A DNA stretch of 56,470 nucleotides, counting the filler, from Basidioascus undulatus (lineage: Eukaryota): assembly GCA_000826855.1 (NCBI GenBank). It is 3 parts of 3 records of this genome, joined end to end, with 100 filler letters (N's around TTAATTAATTAA, not from the genome) between each part and the next. Parts side by side here need not be neighbours in the genome. Positions count along the whole stretch, not along the records: positions 1 to 15,508 come from JTLS01000642.1; 2 more parts are not named here. One strand, 5' to 3'. The translations under genes were made by a program, and so were the position numbers. Within the stretch, counting starts at the first letter, position 1. The number at the start of each line of letters is the position of its first letter. Shown piece by piece: positions 1 to 12,774 of the stretch. Under the pieces are notes generated by a model. That model saw only the letters and a program-made list of their open reading frames with translations. It made no database searches and was not told the DNA's origin.

Positions 1-1131
1 CCGTCCATCTCACGCAGTTCCTCGATATCCTCGCTTCGTTTTGTGCATGTTTCTTTCACGTCGGTCATCGCCCGTAGTATTATCGTCAATCATCGGGATG
101 GTCTTCTTCCTCTTTACTTTTCCTTTCTTGCGCCTTTTCCTCTGCCCATTTTTGCGTTCTCATCGCATTTCCCAAATTTTCTCATCATTATGCTCCCTAA
201 ACAGTCGCACAAACGGCCGTCGTCGCGATCATGCTCACCCCGCGCTAGCTAGCTGCCAGTGTTCTCGCTTAGCAGGATACACCGCCACAATTTTTTTCTT
301 CAAATACTCATGCAGCCCGTTCTACATATCGCCTACATTGTTGACCCTTTCTCATTCTTCCGCTGCTCACTCGGCCGCCCTGTCTCCATATTTTCTTCCC
401 TTTTCGCTCGCACCGCACCACAACAAAACTGTTTCTTCAGCTACTTTTTACAGACGTCCTCTTTTGGCTTCTCTCATATCCCCTCGCATTCCCGCTGTCC
501 TTCTGCAATCGCAACCCGGAACTGAAACTGTGTGTCTTCTACTTGCTGTTGATCTGGTGTGCGCCTGCGTGATGGGTGTACCGAGTGTGGAGATAACTTT
601 GCGGTGCCGTCGCAATTTTCTATGGGGCTGGAGGGAGGATCAAGGTGGGTCGTGGGGTGCGAGAGGATACCAATTTGGGCAATGCCATGGCGGTTTGGAC
701 TGTTGGCCTCGCGGCAAGGCAACGTGCACACACAGCACACCGCGGCGTCACGAACATAATGCAAGAACGAGTGGGATGGGCCAAATGACGAGGGAGCGCA
801 ATACACGAGATCATGCGACGATGATAAAAGACAGACGTGAAAAGCGAAGGATGGGAATGCGCGAGAATAATAGAGAGAGTATGCTAGAGATGTGGGGCGA
901 GGTATTCGACGTCTACTGAACGGAGAAAGGTTGACGATGCAAAGAGGACTAAAGAAGTGTTCGAGAGGGTAGCGGAATGAAGTGCGGGGTATGTCGACTG
1001 AGGAAGATGTAAAAGCGCGAAAGGAACGAACAGCAGAGGATATGCGCCGAGGGAGGGGCGCGAGGTGTGGAAGGGAGTGGTGCAAAAGAAGAACAGGGAG
1101 GGGTGGAGAAACCGGGGGCTGCGAACGTTTC

Positions 1132-3556
1132 TCACGCCTCGCCCATGTGCCCGTCCTCCTCGTCCTCCTCATCGGGCGCGAGGAACGGGTGGCTGAGCGC
1201 GTCGCGCGCAGTGATGCGCTTCGTGCAGTCGAGCTGCAAACACTGCTTGAGCAAGTCGAGCGCCTCCTCCAGCTCTTGCTCGTCCCACGCGCCCACGGGG
1301 TTGTCGTCCTCCACGGCGGCGGACACGCTGGACGACGGCGGCGAGGCAGGGTACGACGACCCTGCGGCGGTCGGCGGCGGCTTGACGAAGATGGACGGGT
1401 TCAGCTGGTAGACGAGCGAGGGCAGCGAGACGCCCGAGTGCTGCACGGCGGGGACGTTCGTGAGGAAGGTGCGGTCTGTGAAGGGTGATAGGGGAGGGGA
1501 AATGAGATGAGAACATGGCTCGATGCGGAAACGCTGAAATGGTGGGGGAGGAGACGGAGGTAAACACACTGTGCATCGCGGCGCACTTGACCATCTTTCG
1601 GTAGCCGAAGATCGATGCGATCTCCATCAGGGCTTCGGTGTCGTCGTTGGAGGTGAAGAAGGGAAAGCGGCGGGGGAGGAAGGAGAGGAGGACGATGCCG
1701 GCGGACCAGACATCGAGAGCTGTTGTTCGTAAGTAACCATCGCTGTCAGCCTCGGTCTACCGTGGCGTGACACAGGACGAGAACGCACCGGGCGTCTGAT
1801 CTTGGCATTTCAGGAGCACTTCCGGTGCGCGGAAACCGCGAGTCCCGGCACGGTTTGCGCGGACGCTCGGTCTGCAGGATGAAACGAATTCAGTTAAACG
1901 CGGACCAGGGGAGTAGTAAAGTGTGATGCAGCGCACCGCTTGTCTTCTGCCAGGAAGCCGACCATCCCCCTGTCCGCCAAGCTCAGCCGCTTCTCGGCCT
2001 CCTGCACCGCGGCGTTGGTCTTGGCAATGCGCGCCTTGCCCGCCGTAGTGCTCGCGTCGCGCGTAGATGTCAGGCTCTTGCCGTGCGGGTGGTTGAGCGT
2101 CGGGCACGTGTGATGGCACTTGCCGGTCCACTCGTCGTTGTGCCACGACTGAGTCGTGGCAGCGATCGGTCAGGGACGCTGTGGAAGGTGGCCTGAAACG
2201 AGCGGTAAGGATAAAGGCTCACCTGCGCCAGCCCGAAATCGCACAGCACGCCGTGGCCCTCCTTGACGCAGTAGAGGAAGTTGGCGGGCTTGACGTCGCG
2301 GTGGATGATGTTGCCCCTGTGGACGTCGCGGAGCGCGGTGAAGAGCGAGCGGAAGTAGTTGCGGAGGAGGGCGGGGTCCGTCAAGCGGTAGTAGTTCTGG
2401 TGACGGGAAAAACAAATAAGCCCGATGCCCCCACAGGTACCGTAACAGATCGCAACGCAGCGGTGACGGGAAGGGGCAAGGCGGCTTACCCGGAAGTCGT
2501 CGTTCTTGTGGAACGGCATGACGGCGATGACCTGGTCTTCGTGCCGGAATGCATCGATCAAGGTCGAGATATTGCTCGCGTTCCTGCAGTCACGCCTCTC
2601 GATCAGCGTCTCTGACCCGCTGCCTGCAAACTGAACCTTAAACTCGACGCACACGCACCGCAGCTGATGCAAGATCGCAATCTCGTTTTCGATACGGATT
2701 GGACTGCTCGTGACGTAGATGCGCTTGAGCGCGACGCAGACCCTGTCCGATGGCGTTCGCAGTCGTTGGAACTTGGTCGGGGGGGCCACCCAGTACGAGT
2801 TGTCGAAGCACGTGTGCTGAAGGTCGATGGCTTTGTAGACGGAAGAAAAGGTGCCTGTATGAAAGTTGAAGCGGTGAGATGTGTCGAAGGGGTATACGGG
2901 GATGAGCAGGCTGTCGGTGCGCACCTTCTCCTAGTCGGTCGAGGAGCCGGTATCGCTCGCGAAGCCCAGGCACGGCGCGGTAGAGATCGTCCAGCTCGCC
3001 ATGGATGAGCTCGCGCTCGTCGCGGGAGAGCTTGAGCAGGTCGTCGTCTTCCGAGTCGGAATCAGAGTGGACGGCCTCCGGCGGGGCCTGTAAGGACGAG
3101 CGAGATATAAATCCTACTCCCGCCCCAGATGCAAAAATGCAGACGTACCTCGTCCTCGGCGCCCTCCCCCTCCTCCTCGTCCATCTCGTAGTCCACATAT
3201 TCCTCTCCTTCCATTCCCTGATCCTCCTCTCCCTCATATTCCCCGCCACCTCCCTCTTGTTCCTCCGCACCTGGAGCGTCGGGCCAGCCCTCGGCCTCGC
3301 CCTGTCCCGCGCCGGCGCCCTCAGTCTCCAGCATATCGCCCTCACCCTCACCATAGCCTTCCGCCATCTCGTCGTCCAGGATCTCCTCCGCGTCTTCGTC
3401 CTGCGCCGGATCGCTGGTGAGTGGGCTGCCCTCCTCGGCACGGTCGAGCCCGCTGCGCTGAGATGTGGGGACGAGGATGACCTGGTCTGAGGAAGGGCAG
3501 GATGAGAGGTGCTCTGTTGACGGATGGATTGCCGGAGGATGCTGGTACGCGAGCAT
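1132..3556 (-). CDS. CDC7: Cell division control protein 7 kinase (DDK catalytic subunit, Hsk1/Cdc7), multi-exon
   Basis: Spliced exons give YRLLDRLGEG|TFSSVYKAID, VALKRIYVTSSPIRIENEIAIL, IIHRDVKPANFLY, LCDFGLA, RANRAGTRGFRAPEVLLKCQDQT and RITARDALSHPFL, which are Cdc7-diagnostic motifs. ATG at 3556 (MLAYQHPP), acidic N-terminus, TGA at 1132-1134. Confidence 0.95.
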
Positions 3557-3641
3557 TGTGCTCGTCGTTGAGGATGGCGGCGCTGCTGGGACGGTGTTGG
3601 GATCTGGACTGGAAGGCCGAAGACCAAGACGCAACACAAAG

Positions 3642-3684
3642 TACGCGCGCGAGCGCGTCGCGTCTTCGGAAGTGCCAACGCGAT
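3642..3684. promoter_or_regulatory. Cluster of MCB-like ACGCG/CGCGT elements upstream of CDC7
   Basis: tacgcgcgcgagcgcgtcgcgtc...aacgcga lies about 90-130 nt upstream of the CDC7 ATG. MBF control of G1/S genes is known in fungi; function here is inferred. Confidence 0.4.
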
Positions 3685-4039
3685 GGGTTTGGCGCATGCG
3701 GCGCAAGTGCCAAACTGCACCACGCTGACAACGGTCTGAAGCAGGATGTTCTCTTACCGTTATTCTAGCACAATAATATTCAATCTACTGTATAGGGCAT
3801 ACCTTATGCCTGAACGTTTCCAGTACGCTGCACTCCGACAGTGTCAGTCTCCAGCGACATCCACTCATCTGGCCGGGGTTCAACTGCACTTCTTAGCAAT
3901 CCTGACTTTGAGTCACACCTTAGGAATGCAAGAATTGGATGAGGTGATGAAGGGTCTATAGAGTAAAGACCACCGTTACATCCCATCACATCGGGTACAA
4001 GTAACAAAAACAGCCGCAGCGGCATTCGACGAGACTCGT

Positions 4040-4987
4040 CACACCCCGCAGGGCTTTGCCGTTGAAGACGATACCTAATTCATATCCAGCAAGGTCTCTT
4101 TACCTCGACCTCTGATGGGGGGTTCAGCCGCCTTGCAGCTCTGAGGGCCTTCGAAAACCTCTGCTGCCTAACCGTCAAGAGGTAGACGTCTAATCAGCCG
4201 TAAGCGGGAAAGTTCGGGTGACAAGAAACGCTATTCAACGTACTCTCCCAACCAAGGTGTCTTTCCGGTTATGGCTGCGTTGAGGAAGATAGATGAGTGC
4301 GTCAGTGTACAGATTCAGTGCTGGGGCGAGGGCGAGAGCGAGCGTGCTGTCGGGGAGGCAAGCGCTACAGTGTGTGAAAATCCTGGTTCTCATTAGAATA
4401 TGTTGTGAAGGGGGACGTTGGAAAGACGTACGGAAGGAGTGCTCCGCTGGAAGTGTCGCTCGCTAGCAGCGTGTCGTTGATGCTCGTCGCAGCTGAGCCG
4501 CGGTGCGAGCACGTCGGCTTGAAGTGTGGGAGAGTAACATACATGGCAGACAGCTCACCTAACAACCTCTCTGTTCTCTAAGTCGGAGCCATGTGTTTTC
4601 CCGAACAGACCTGGAGCGCAATTCATATCGCCTCGCATCAGCTGCGACCCCCAACACACCCTCCGATTTCTGAGTCAACGCATAAAAACTGACCGTCGAA
4701 CCACCCCGTAGCCTCCTGCCAAAGCTCCCCCGCTTCGTCGAGCGCAGCCGTCTCGGCCAGCATCTCGCTGGCGCACTCTGCCCCATGGAGCTCAGCGCGC
4801 TTCCGGGCCCGCTGAGGATGATGGAGAAAACGAGGGGCCCGCAGGCCGCGAAGAGGGCCCCAAGTGCGCTTCATAATGGTGCTGATTCCGCAGAGGGAGT
4901 CGGTCGAAGGGAGATGAAGGTGGGGTGGGAAGCGGAAAGAGCGAGGTAAGGGAAAAGGAGCGTGAGGAGGAGGACGGGAGAACGCAT
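4040..4987 (-). pseudogene. Disrupted gene for a small secreted protein (family unknown)
   Basis: Signal-peptide-like start MRSPVLLLTLLFPYLALSA at 4987 and in-frame TGA at 4871-4873. Protein-like text continues (SALGALFAACGPLVFSII), shifts frame to AECASEMLAETAALDEAGELWQEATGWFD, and further GT-AG-bounded exons follow. The 3' end is approximate. Confidence 0.45.
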
Positions 4988-5559
4988 ATTGCAAGGAAGG
5001 AAAGGTAAATGAGTGTGGGTGTTTGTAGTATTAAAGAAAAGGTGCTGAAGAAAGGGAATATCTTGAAGGGGAAGATGTCTGAATGGACTTTTCCACATTT
5101 CTTGTGAAGAGGGAACCCTCAGCGTGAGCCTGAGGAAGAGGCGGCACGCTATCCGCAACGTACGAGTCGCGACCGCAACGGGCGGACAGCGTGCCCAACC
5201 AACCGCTTATGTTGACCCGAATCGATCACTTCATTGACCCGCGGCCATTTACTGGTGTTTTGAGGGGCGGTGAACCAGTTTCCCATAGCTGCTACGCGGC
5301 ATGCGATTCGCGCATGCGCATTCCCAACAGCGCGAAACTCGACCACGAATGCGACTGTACGTGTGTGAGAAGTTCCAAAGAATGAAATGTCACAATCAGA
5401 TAATATCTTTCAGTTCAACCTCAAGTACAAGTGCTGCGAACGTGACGGTCAGCGCTTACGATAAGTTTACGTAATGGTCGTAAGCCGGGCACAGGCGACA
5501 GAGGTAGCTTGGAGACCATGCATGTCACCCTTCCACAATATTCTCCTCTTCGCGTACGT

Positions 5560-8500
5560 CCTTTCTGCACCCAAGCGTACTCAATCTTCCACTCGCCGTC
5601 CAGCTTGATGTCCAGACCGTCCATGACGAGCCGCTCGACCGCGGCGTCATACATCCACCCCTGGACGTTCGCGCCGTTGACCTTGACTGACGTGGGATGG
5701 CCCTTCACACCCAGCACCGTGACCTTGGCAGCGGCTGTTGAATGAGCCAGTCGGCGTATTGCGGCTTGCCGGATACCTTCCCGGCACCAGTCGAAAGCTC
5801 GACCATGGTCGCCTCGAGGAAGCGGTCTCGCTATCGTCGAAAAAGGCCTAGCCGTGCGCCGAGTCCGAAGGAGTCGAGGGAGATGAGGAGGGAGTATGGG
5901 TGCTGCTGCACTTTGTAGATCGTGCTGATTGTGCAGCCCGTGTCAGAACATTTTCGACTCTTTGTGAGGTGCAAGAAGACGAACTGCTCGGTCTTGGAGT
6001 GGACTGCGAAGAGCGGGGAAATGAACATGAGTGACAAGGAAAGGTTCCGTAGGGCCAAGCATCACTTACCATAAGAGTCCATTCAGCACGGATGTGCACA
6101 GGGATGTGGCTGAGCGGGGCGGCGAGGGTATGCCGGCCGGCTGGACGACCTCATGCGTCCACCTGAGGGTCCGACTTTCTATCAGAACGCACTTCCTGGC
6201 AAACACATTGTGAGGAATTGAATATTTACCAGTCGCACCAGACCTCGGCACCCGGGAAGACACCTTTGATAAAGGGCTTTCAGCCGTTTCGACTGCGCTG
6301 ACGTTCGGCTCGAACACGCCCGTCACAAAGATAGCGTCACCCATCATGATCTGTGCATCGTTATTGAAGAGGGAGGCCTGTGGTCATAGATTGAATTATT
6401 CTGCATTCACCCACTTAGTTAGTTGCAATTGTGTGCTCATCAAGTAGGTGAGGTTATACCTATTGACAAATATAAGCTAAGAACGCAAGCCTGAATAGGG
6501 AATTGGAGGACCCACGAGTCGGCAGGAGGGAAGTAAGTGATTTGCAGCGGGCCGGGGTTCGCCTCACTGCCAGCACCAGCAACAAACGCTGGATGTGAGG
6601 GAACAAGTAGCTTCGCCTGATGAGAAGATGAACGAAGAAGATGAACAAGGCTTGCTGTGAGTCCCGTTGACAGTTCGTTTGCCGGAAGGCCCGAAACGCT
6701 TCACATGTTATCTGTAGGTCCCATTCCGGTATTAGCTAGTTTTCGAGTGGCTGACCTGCCATGGCTCACCCCTCAGGAATGTTGTCGGTGAAAGTTGGAT
6801 GTTGGAATTGTTGAGTCGTCTAGCACATGTAAGGGCCCCGGTGAGTTCTCGAGCGCCAAAGCGGCAGAAATGTAAATGCGTACGTTGGGAATGTCTTCGT
6901 TCATGCCGCAGCTGTGAGGACGGTAAGGAAATGATCAGTTCAGGGTTATCGGGTCGCAATCGCACATCATCCTGACTTGCCTACCAATGCAGAATGAGGC
7001 AACCTCATTCATTTCGTCCCAAATGCCGTCAAAGGTGATAACGTCGGTCCAGTTGATGTGTGCTTCCGTCCACCACTGAGTGGTAGCCGGGTTCAAGAAG
7101 TCAGGGAAGACTACAAAAGGGTAGAATTTCAATGTCAGGCTTATATTTTTAATCAAGCCTGATGTCTATGGTTACCTGTGTAACCGGGCCACACCTATAC
7201 AGCCGCAAAGTCAGAAGCTAGACCCCAAAGAAAAACTGGCGAACACCACACGAACCTGACCTACGTACTCGGAGCCCTCGGCGTTCTTCATGAAAATCCC
7301 CATCTCAAATCCACGTGTGTAGGGGTCGTAGATGTCTTTGTTCGACGTTTGCATGTTAGACTCAAGATCCAGGAGGTGAAACAGAACAACAGGCGTACCG
7401 GATGAGTTGACCGTGATGGGAACGGCGGCGTCGACAACTGGGACATAGTACTGCCTTCAAGCGCCAGAGCGCTCGCAATTATAACTTTGCAGAACAAAGC
7501 GTACCTTGTGATTGGCGTGGATCTCCTCTACAAACTCTTTGAGATCTCCAAAGGACCTGCGGAAGAGCAAGTTTGAGACGCAGTTCAGATTTTGTCCGCC
7601 AAAGCTCTTGCGTACGCAGGGTCGACCTGATATTAAGCGCGTAGCGACGGCTTTTATCAGACATGTCTTTTCTCTTTTCATGAAACGCACAGTAAAGTCC
7701 TTCTTGGCAAGGTAGTGGTCAATGTCGTTCCTGCGGCGCATCTGGTTAGCTGGTACACAGTATGCAACAGCCGACAGACCTACCAGAACGTCTCGAGGGG
7801 AATATTGTGCTCCTTGAATGCGACAGCGACCTCCCGGTTCATCCTGGTATTGCTGTACCCCCAGCCTGAAATTGAGCATGTGTCACCTTGTCTATTCTAT
7901 GCTCGGCTTTACGAGATCAGGGTCGTACGGCACTGGTGGAAGCCTGAGCCGGTGCATAGCGACGTATGGTCAGAGGGAACCAGTAAGTTAAGACCGTGGA
8001 CTATGGAACTTGCCGAAAGTCCAATACATGGGAAGCTGTACAGATTCGCTTAGAGAGGTCCATCTGAGCTCCTGAGCATGGTTTGAAACCCGTGCCCACC
8101 TGCGGCCCTCAGTAACTTGGCGTAACTATTAATAGCGCTCTCGGGGGTACGTTTTCCCCCCGGAAACAAAGTAGAAGACGAGCGTGCTGCCTGTATACTG
8201 CAGGTCAATGCATGGAACCAAGTATTGCTAGACCAGCTGCTCACCGATCATGCAATAATGAACGACACTGGTGCCCAGATTGAGTTTAAGACGTCAATTT
8301 TTTACAGGCCGTAGACATTGGAAATAACATACCCGTCACGCAGAATCACGTCCATGCCGTGAGCCGAGAGGAGGAAGACGCCGTGATGCTTGCGCCGTCG
8401 GACCCAAGACGGTCTGCAAGAACAGTCAGCGTTCGTCGCTTTGGCCATTAAATGAGACTATTACGCTCAAAGTAAATAGGATGGCTTCCTTAAAGATTTT

Positions 8501-9750
8501 GGTCTTCAGGAACGCCTACAAGCCAAGCACAGTAGTCAGCCAGCGATGCCTGAACAACAGGAGGGAGGACTGCATGTCCCTTACCATGGTCGGCGGCGTA
8601 GATTGTCTGCACAGTGTAGCTCGAGTTGTGCCGGATTCCCGAAGACGAGACTAGTTCGCCAAGCTGTGGAATAGCGGCTTAAGTGATTGGCTCTCACGAA
8701 CTGCGAGCAATGAGAGATAAAGAAACTCACGCCGCAGATGTTGGCTTCCTTCGGCAGCGCACTCGAGATCCTGCTATCGAGACACAGATTAGCAAGGCAA
8801 GAGGTGGTAAGATGTAAGGAAAGGGAGCGCCCATACTGCAGGTACTGGTCCTCAAAGACGAGCGGGTGGGCTGGCCTGGCAGTCGAGTTCCCAAGGTCGG
8901 CAGTAGGCGCGATATACGGCTTCTTCGTAGGTAGGGATGGATTTGCTGTAGACAGTAATGCCGGAGGTCAACAAACGATTTAAAGTAAGTAATACATGCG
9001 GTTATTCGCCTGCGAGTGTCGAAAAGAACCTCCGAATGGACCGGCGGGTAATCCAGAATGCGAACGGCGAAGACTCGTACTCAAACTTGAGGTCCGCAGA
9101 GTCGATGAGCGAGGAATCATGGTCGAATTCGGGACGAGGCCAGATGTCCTCAGGAAGCTGATACTGCCCCTTGTCCTTCGTGGTGCGACTCGAGAATATC
9201 AGTACATAAGTAACATGCGAAGTTGCATGAAAGCATCAGACCTTGTCGTAGACGTGGACATGGAGACGGTCTGTGATCCCGTAGGTACTGAGACGTGTAA
9301 CGATATCAGTAAGACAGGTTAAGTAAGGAGGAAGTATAAGGGATGGAAAAACGCACGCTTCCACAACGAGACCCGGAATGTCTTTGCCGGACGCGTTGCA
9401 GGGCGCGCCTGCGATGGAAAGGTGTGCCTTGATACCCTTGCGTGTTCTCAACGTTGTCCACGTTGTAGCCTATGCGCTTCTTCGTTAGCCTTGGGTAATC
9501 AGAACATTGACCATGTACGCACCCGGGCAGAACCCCACGTCGAAGGACAGCGACCCGTCGTTCTGCATCTGACGACGCAGTGTCGCCGATGGGCCATGGA
9601 GGCAGCTGCCGATCGGTCCATCGTATGATGGCAACTGGAGCGGCGGCGCCTGGGTTCTGTCGCAAACACCGTACTTCTGTGAACTGAGCTGGTCATCAAA
9701 CTGTTCGTGTTTGCTTGAAGGAAGGGCAAACAAAAAACTCAGCACATGAG
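5560..9750 (-). pseudogene. GH31 alpha-glucosidase pseudogene
   Basis: Exons encode HGVFLLSAHGMDV, LPMYWTFG-FHQCR, NIPLETFW-NDIDH, VFPDFLNPATTQWW...FDGIWDEMNEVASFC, DAQIMMGDAIFVTGV and a C-terminal VKVNG. Lesions: TAA at 8490-8492 in QNL*GSHPIYFE (normally NLYG), a frameshift near 8385, and the acid/base half of the barrel is not found. Ends approximate. Confidence 0.88.
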
Positions 9751-9937
9751 CCAACTGAAGCGCTCCCGAAATTAGACAATCAAACCCTCGAACTCAGATC
9801 ATCTCGCAGCAAAATGGCAGGCAAACAACAAAAAAAATCTACATCGAGTTGACATCCAGCCCAAAGGAAGGCATGAGCGCGACAACGAAGTCAGAAGAGA
9901 AACGGCACTGTCTATCCCAATCCAGTCCCACCATGCG

Positions 9938-12684
9938 TCAAGCCTCGAAGAACTTCCTGACGACCGTCGCAAAAGTCTTTGCACTCCGCTCGAAGGTCCC
10001 CTGATCGGCCTGGCTGAACGCCATTCTGAAGTGACCGGCGGGGTTGGGGCCCTCGCCCGGCGCAGCGGGCGGGTGGCCGATCAGCGCGGGCTCGTACGTC
10101 TTGGCGTCGAACATGCCGGAGGGCGCGACGAGGACTTTGTTTTTGGCCTGAAATTTTGACATGTCAGTAAAGATGGTGAATGCACCATTATAGGACATAT
10201 GACGGACCAGCTTCTCCCACAACTCCATTGTCAAGTCGTTCGCCGATACGCGTCCGATGCGCGGATGGTTCACGAGATGAACCTTGACCCAGACTGCGAA
10301 GCGCCCTCCCAGGTCAGCTCAGTACAAGTCATGCTTCCCATGGCAAACGCACCAAACATGCCGGCACTCGGCGGAACGAAGCTGAACATGATCTTGCCGC
10401 CCTCCTTCTCCTTCATGTAGCCGTACGCGTCTCTGCTCGCAGGTACTCGAGCCTCATACGCGCCCGACATAGCGTCCCGTGTGACGTCGATGGCGTGACG
10501 GTCCTGCGCGACGAGCGCGTCGATGAGCCAGTCGCGACGGGTACGGTACTGGGCCTTGATGCCTGTCGAGCAAGACGGCGTCAGACCGACGCAGAGCGAT
10601 GCAACGAGACAAGGAGAAAAAAAGGAGGACGCACCCTTGAGCCATGTAAGGAATCCCTGAAACTTCCACTCGTTTGCGAGGAGCTGGGTGATCATCGCCT
10701 GCATGGTTGATCCCCAGTTCAGTAACGGTTGCGTTCTCGCAGAGAGCGAAGTCAGCGCACCTGCGCGAATCCGGACGGAGCCTGCGTTGACGTCTCGCCT
10801 GCACGCTGCAGCCTCTCAGAGAAGAGTGGGTTGCACGTCGTCCAGCCTAGGCGAGAACCCGGCGCAATCGTCTGGACGCCCATTCGTTCAGTCAATTCTC
10901 ATATAGCTTTTGGCACCAAGACGTACCTTGGAGAAGGTGTCAATCCGGATAACACGTCCTTGATAGTCGAAGCGAAGGTAACTGAAAGAGGGCTTGTGTT
11001 CAGCCTGCGCCGCAACACCAGAGTTAGACGGGAAAAGACGCACGAGGGAGCGAGCGAAGCGATGAAGTCCGAGTCGGTTTCCTCCTCGGTACCCGCGAAG
11101 GTCCGGGCAAGCTTGGACGCCGAGTACTCGCCAGCTTGCAAGAAGTAGTAGGCTGGAGGAGGGCTCGACGTATCAAAGTCCGAACTGTTCGCTCTTTACA
11201 ATACCGAAGTAACTTACGGTCGTCCTCGACGATCTATTAGCAAGTAGGTCAGATAGATTTCGGGCGCGGGCTATGAACAATGAACGCACAATCACGTCGT
11301 ACTTGACGCAGATAGCGTATATTGCCTTCTTGCGCTCGGCTCCCATGGTCGCTGTTGAGAAGTATCAGCTTACAGCGCCGCTTTTGATGGAAGAACATAG
11401 GGACGCACTGCCGGTAGGGTTCTGCCCCACAGGAACGGTGTAGCTGCATAATTGAAGTTAGAACGCTGCCCCACGAACCGGAGGTTAACCTGCGAATGCT
11501 CACAGTATCGTGGGGCTGCAAGATCCGTGTCAGCATAGCCATCCCACTAACAAGAGGTAAACGTGCAAATGCTCACCGCTTCGTCCCGCCCCGCTCCTCC
11601 TCGTTCCACTGGCTGAGGACCTTCTCGAGGCCCTCGGCAGTCATGCCCTCCGCGTCGCCCTCACCAACGCTGACAGGGCGAACGCCGAGTGGCCAGGCCG
11701 AGGCAATCGCAGACGGGTAGGTGAAGGCCTCGACGAGAATGCCGTCGCCGCGCTCGCACAAGAGCTGGACGATCTTGGACCAGGCGTCCGTGCTCCCACA
11801 GCTGCCGAAGCAAAACATATCGGGTGAGTATTCTGTGCGGTTGACGAAGATTGCAGCACGCACTTGACCAGGGCGTCCCAGTTCGAGTACGCAGGCTTGT
11901 AAACCTTCGCGGTGAATTCCTTGATGAAAGCCTGCAGCATCGGAAGACCAGTCGCCATGCCTATTTTCGACCAATATTACGTGAGCTCTCTGAGATTCAT
12001 GATGGGATGTCCCATAGCACAACGCACCATACTGCAACGCAGTCGCCAGCTGGATGCTCGAGGAGTCCGTCGGGTCCTTCGCGTACTTGGGCACCTCGAT
12101 CTTGGACGTCTCGGGCGCAAAGCCAAGAAGACGCCAGAAGATCGAAAGGATGTTCTCGGACGTCGCGCGAGGGACGTAGGTCGTCGGCGAGAGAACGGAG
12201 GCGGACAGGGTGTCGAAGGGGACTGTGGAAATTGGTGAGGTGAGGTGTGTGTAACGGCGAATTGAGCGACGAAGGACGGGAATGTACAGTAGTCAGGGTG
12301 GGGAAGTCCTGCAGAGAACAACAAGATCAATTGAGAGCGGTATGCAGTTTGGAGATATGGACGAACCTCCTGCAAGCATCGCCATGCCTGTTCACACCGC
12401 GAAGTCCATCTCAGCAGATTATCCTTCGAGGTCTGGACAGCATGCAACCCACCTGGAACGCCCATGTACTTGTACATGCTCTGATACCTCCCCGTCACTA
12501 TCAGCACACACTCACCCTCAACCAAGGACGTTGATGGAAGACGCACCTTGAGCGGACTCTCCATGCGCTCCCTCGACAGCCGGCTCAAATGGTGGCTGAA
12601 GTCGAGCGCCTCTGGCTTGTGCTCCTCAGGACTGGCATCCTTCTCTACGTCTACGGTGGGAAGCGTGAATGCCGAGTCCGCCAT
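9938..12684 (-). CDS. ARO8: Aromatic amino acid / 2-aminoadipate aminotransferase (class I PLP-dependent, ARO8-like)
   Basis: Exons: AGGLPHPDYFP, LATALQYG, GSTDAWSKIV...ILVEAFTYPSA, YTVPVGQNPTG, IVEDDPYY, GRVIRIDTFSK|TIAPGSRLGW (PLP lysine), FVPPSAGMF and HFRMAFS. No lesion seen. Confidence 0.9.
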
Positions 12685-12767
12685 GATGCTCGAGATTGCG
12701 GTGATGGTTGGACTCTGGGGGAGATATGGGAGCGTGCGATAACGATTGCCCGACCGCGTGGGCTCAG

Positions 12768-12774
12768 TGAGTCA
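12768..12774. promoter_or_regulatory. Candidate Gcn4/CpcA site TGAGTCA
   Basis: Exact TGAGTCA about 85 nt upstream of the aminotransferase ATG, fitting general amino-acid control. The 7-mer also occurs elsewhere in the window. Confidence 0.35.

Noticed and set aside
41..919. 292-aa + strand ORF
   Set aside because: Starts at TTG, has no recognisable domain, and its composition follows pyrimidine- then purine-rich tracts; probably UTR or intergenic.
4871..4873. In-frame TGA as selenocysteine
   Set aside because: No SECIS or redox motif seen, Dikarya are not known to use Sec, and a second lesion follows.
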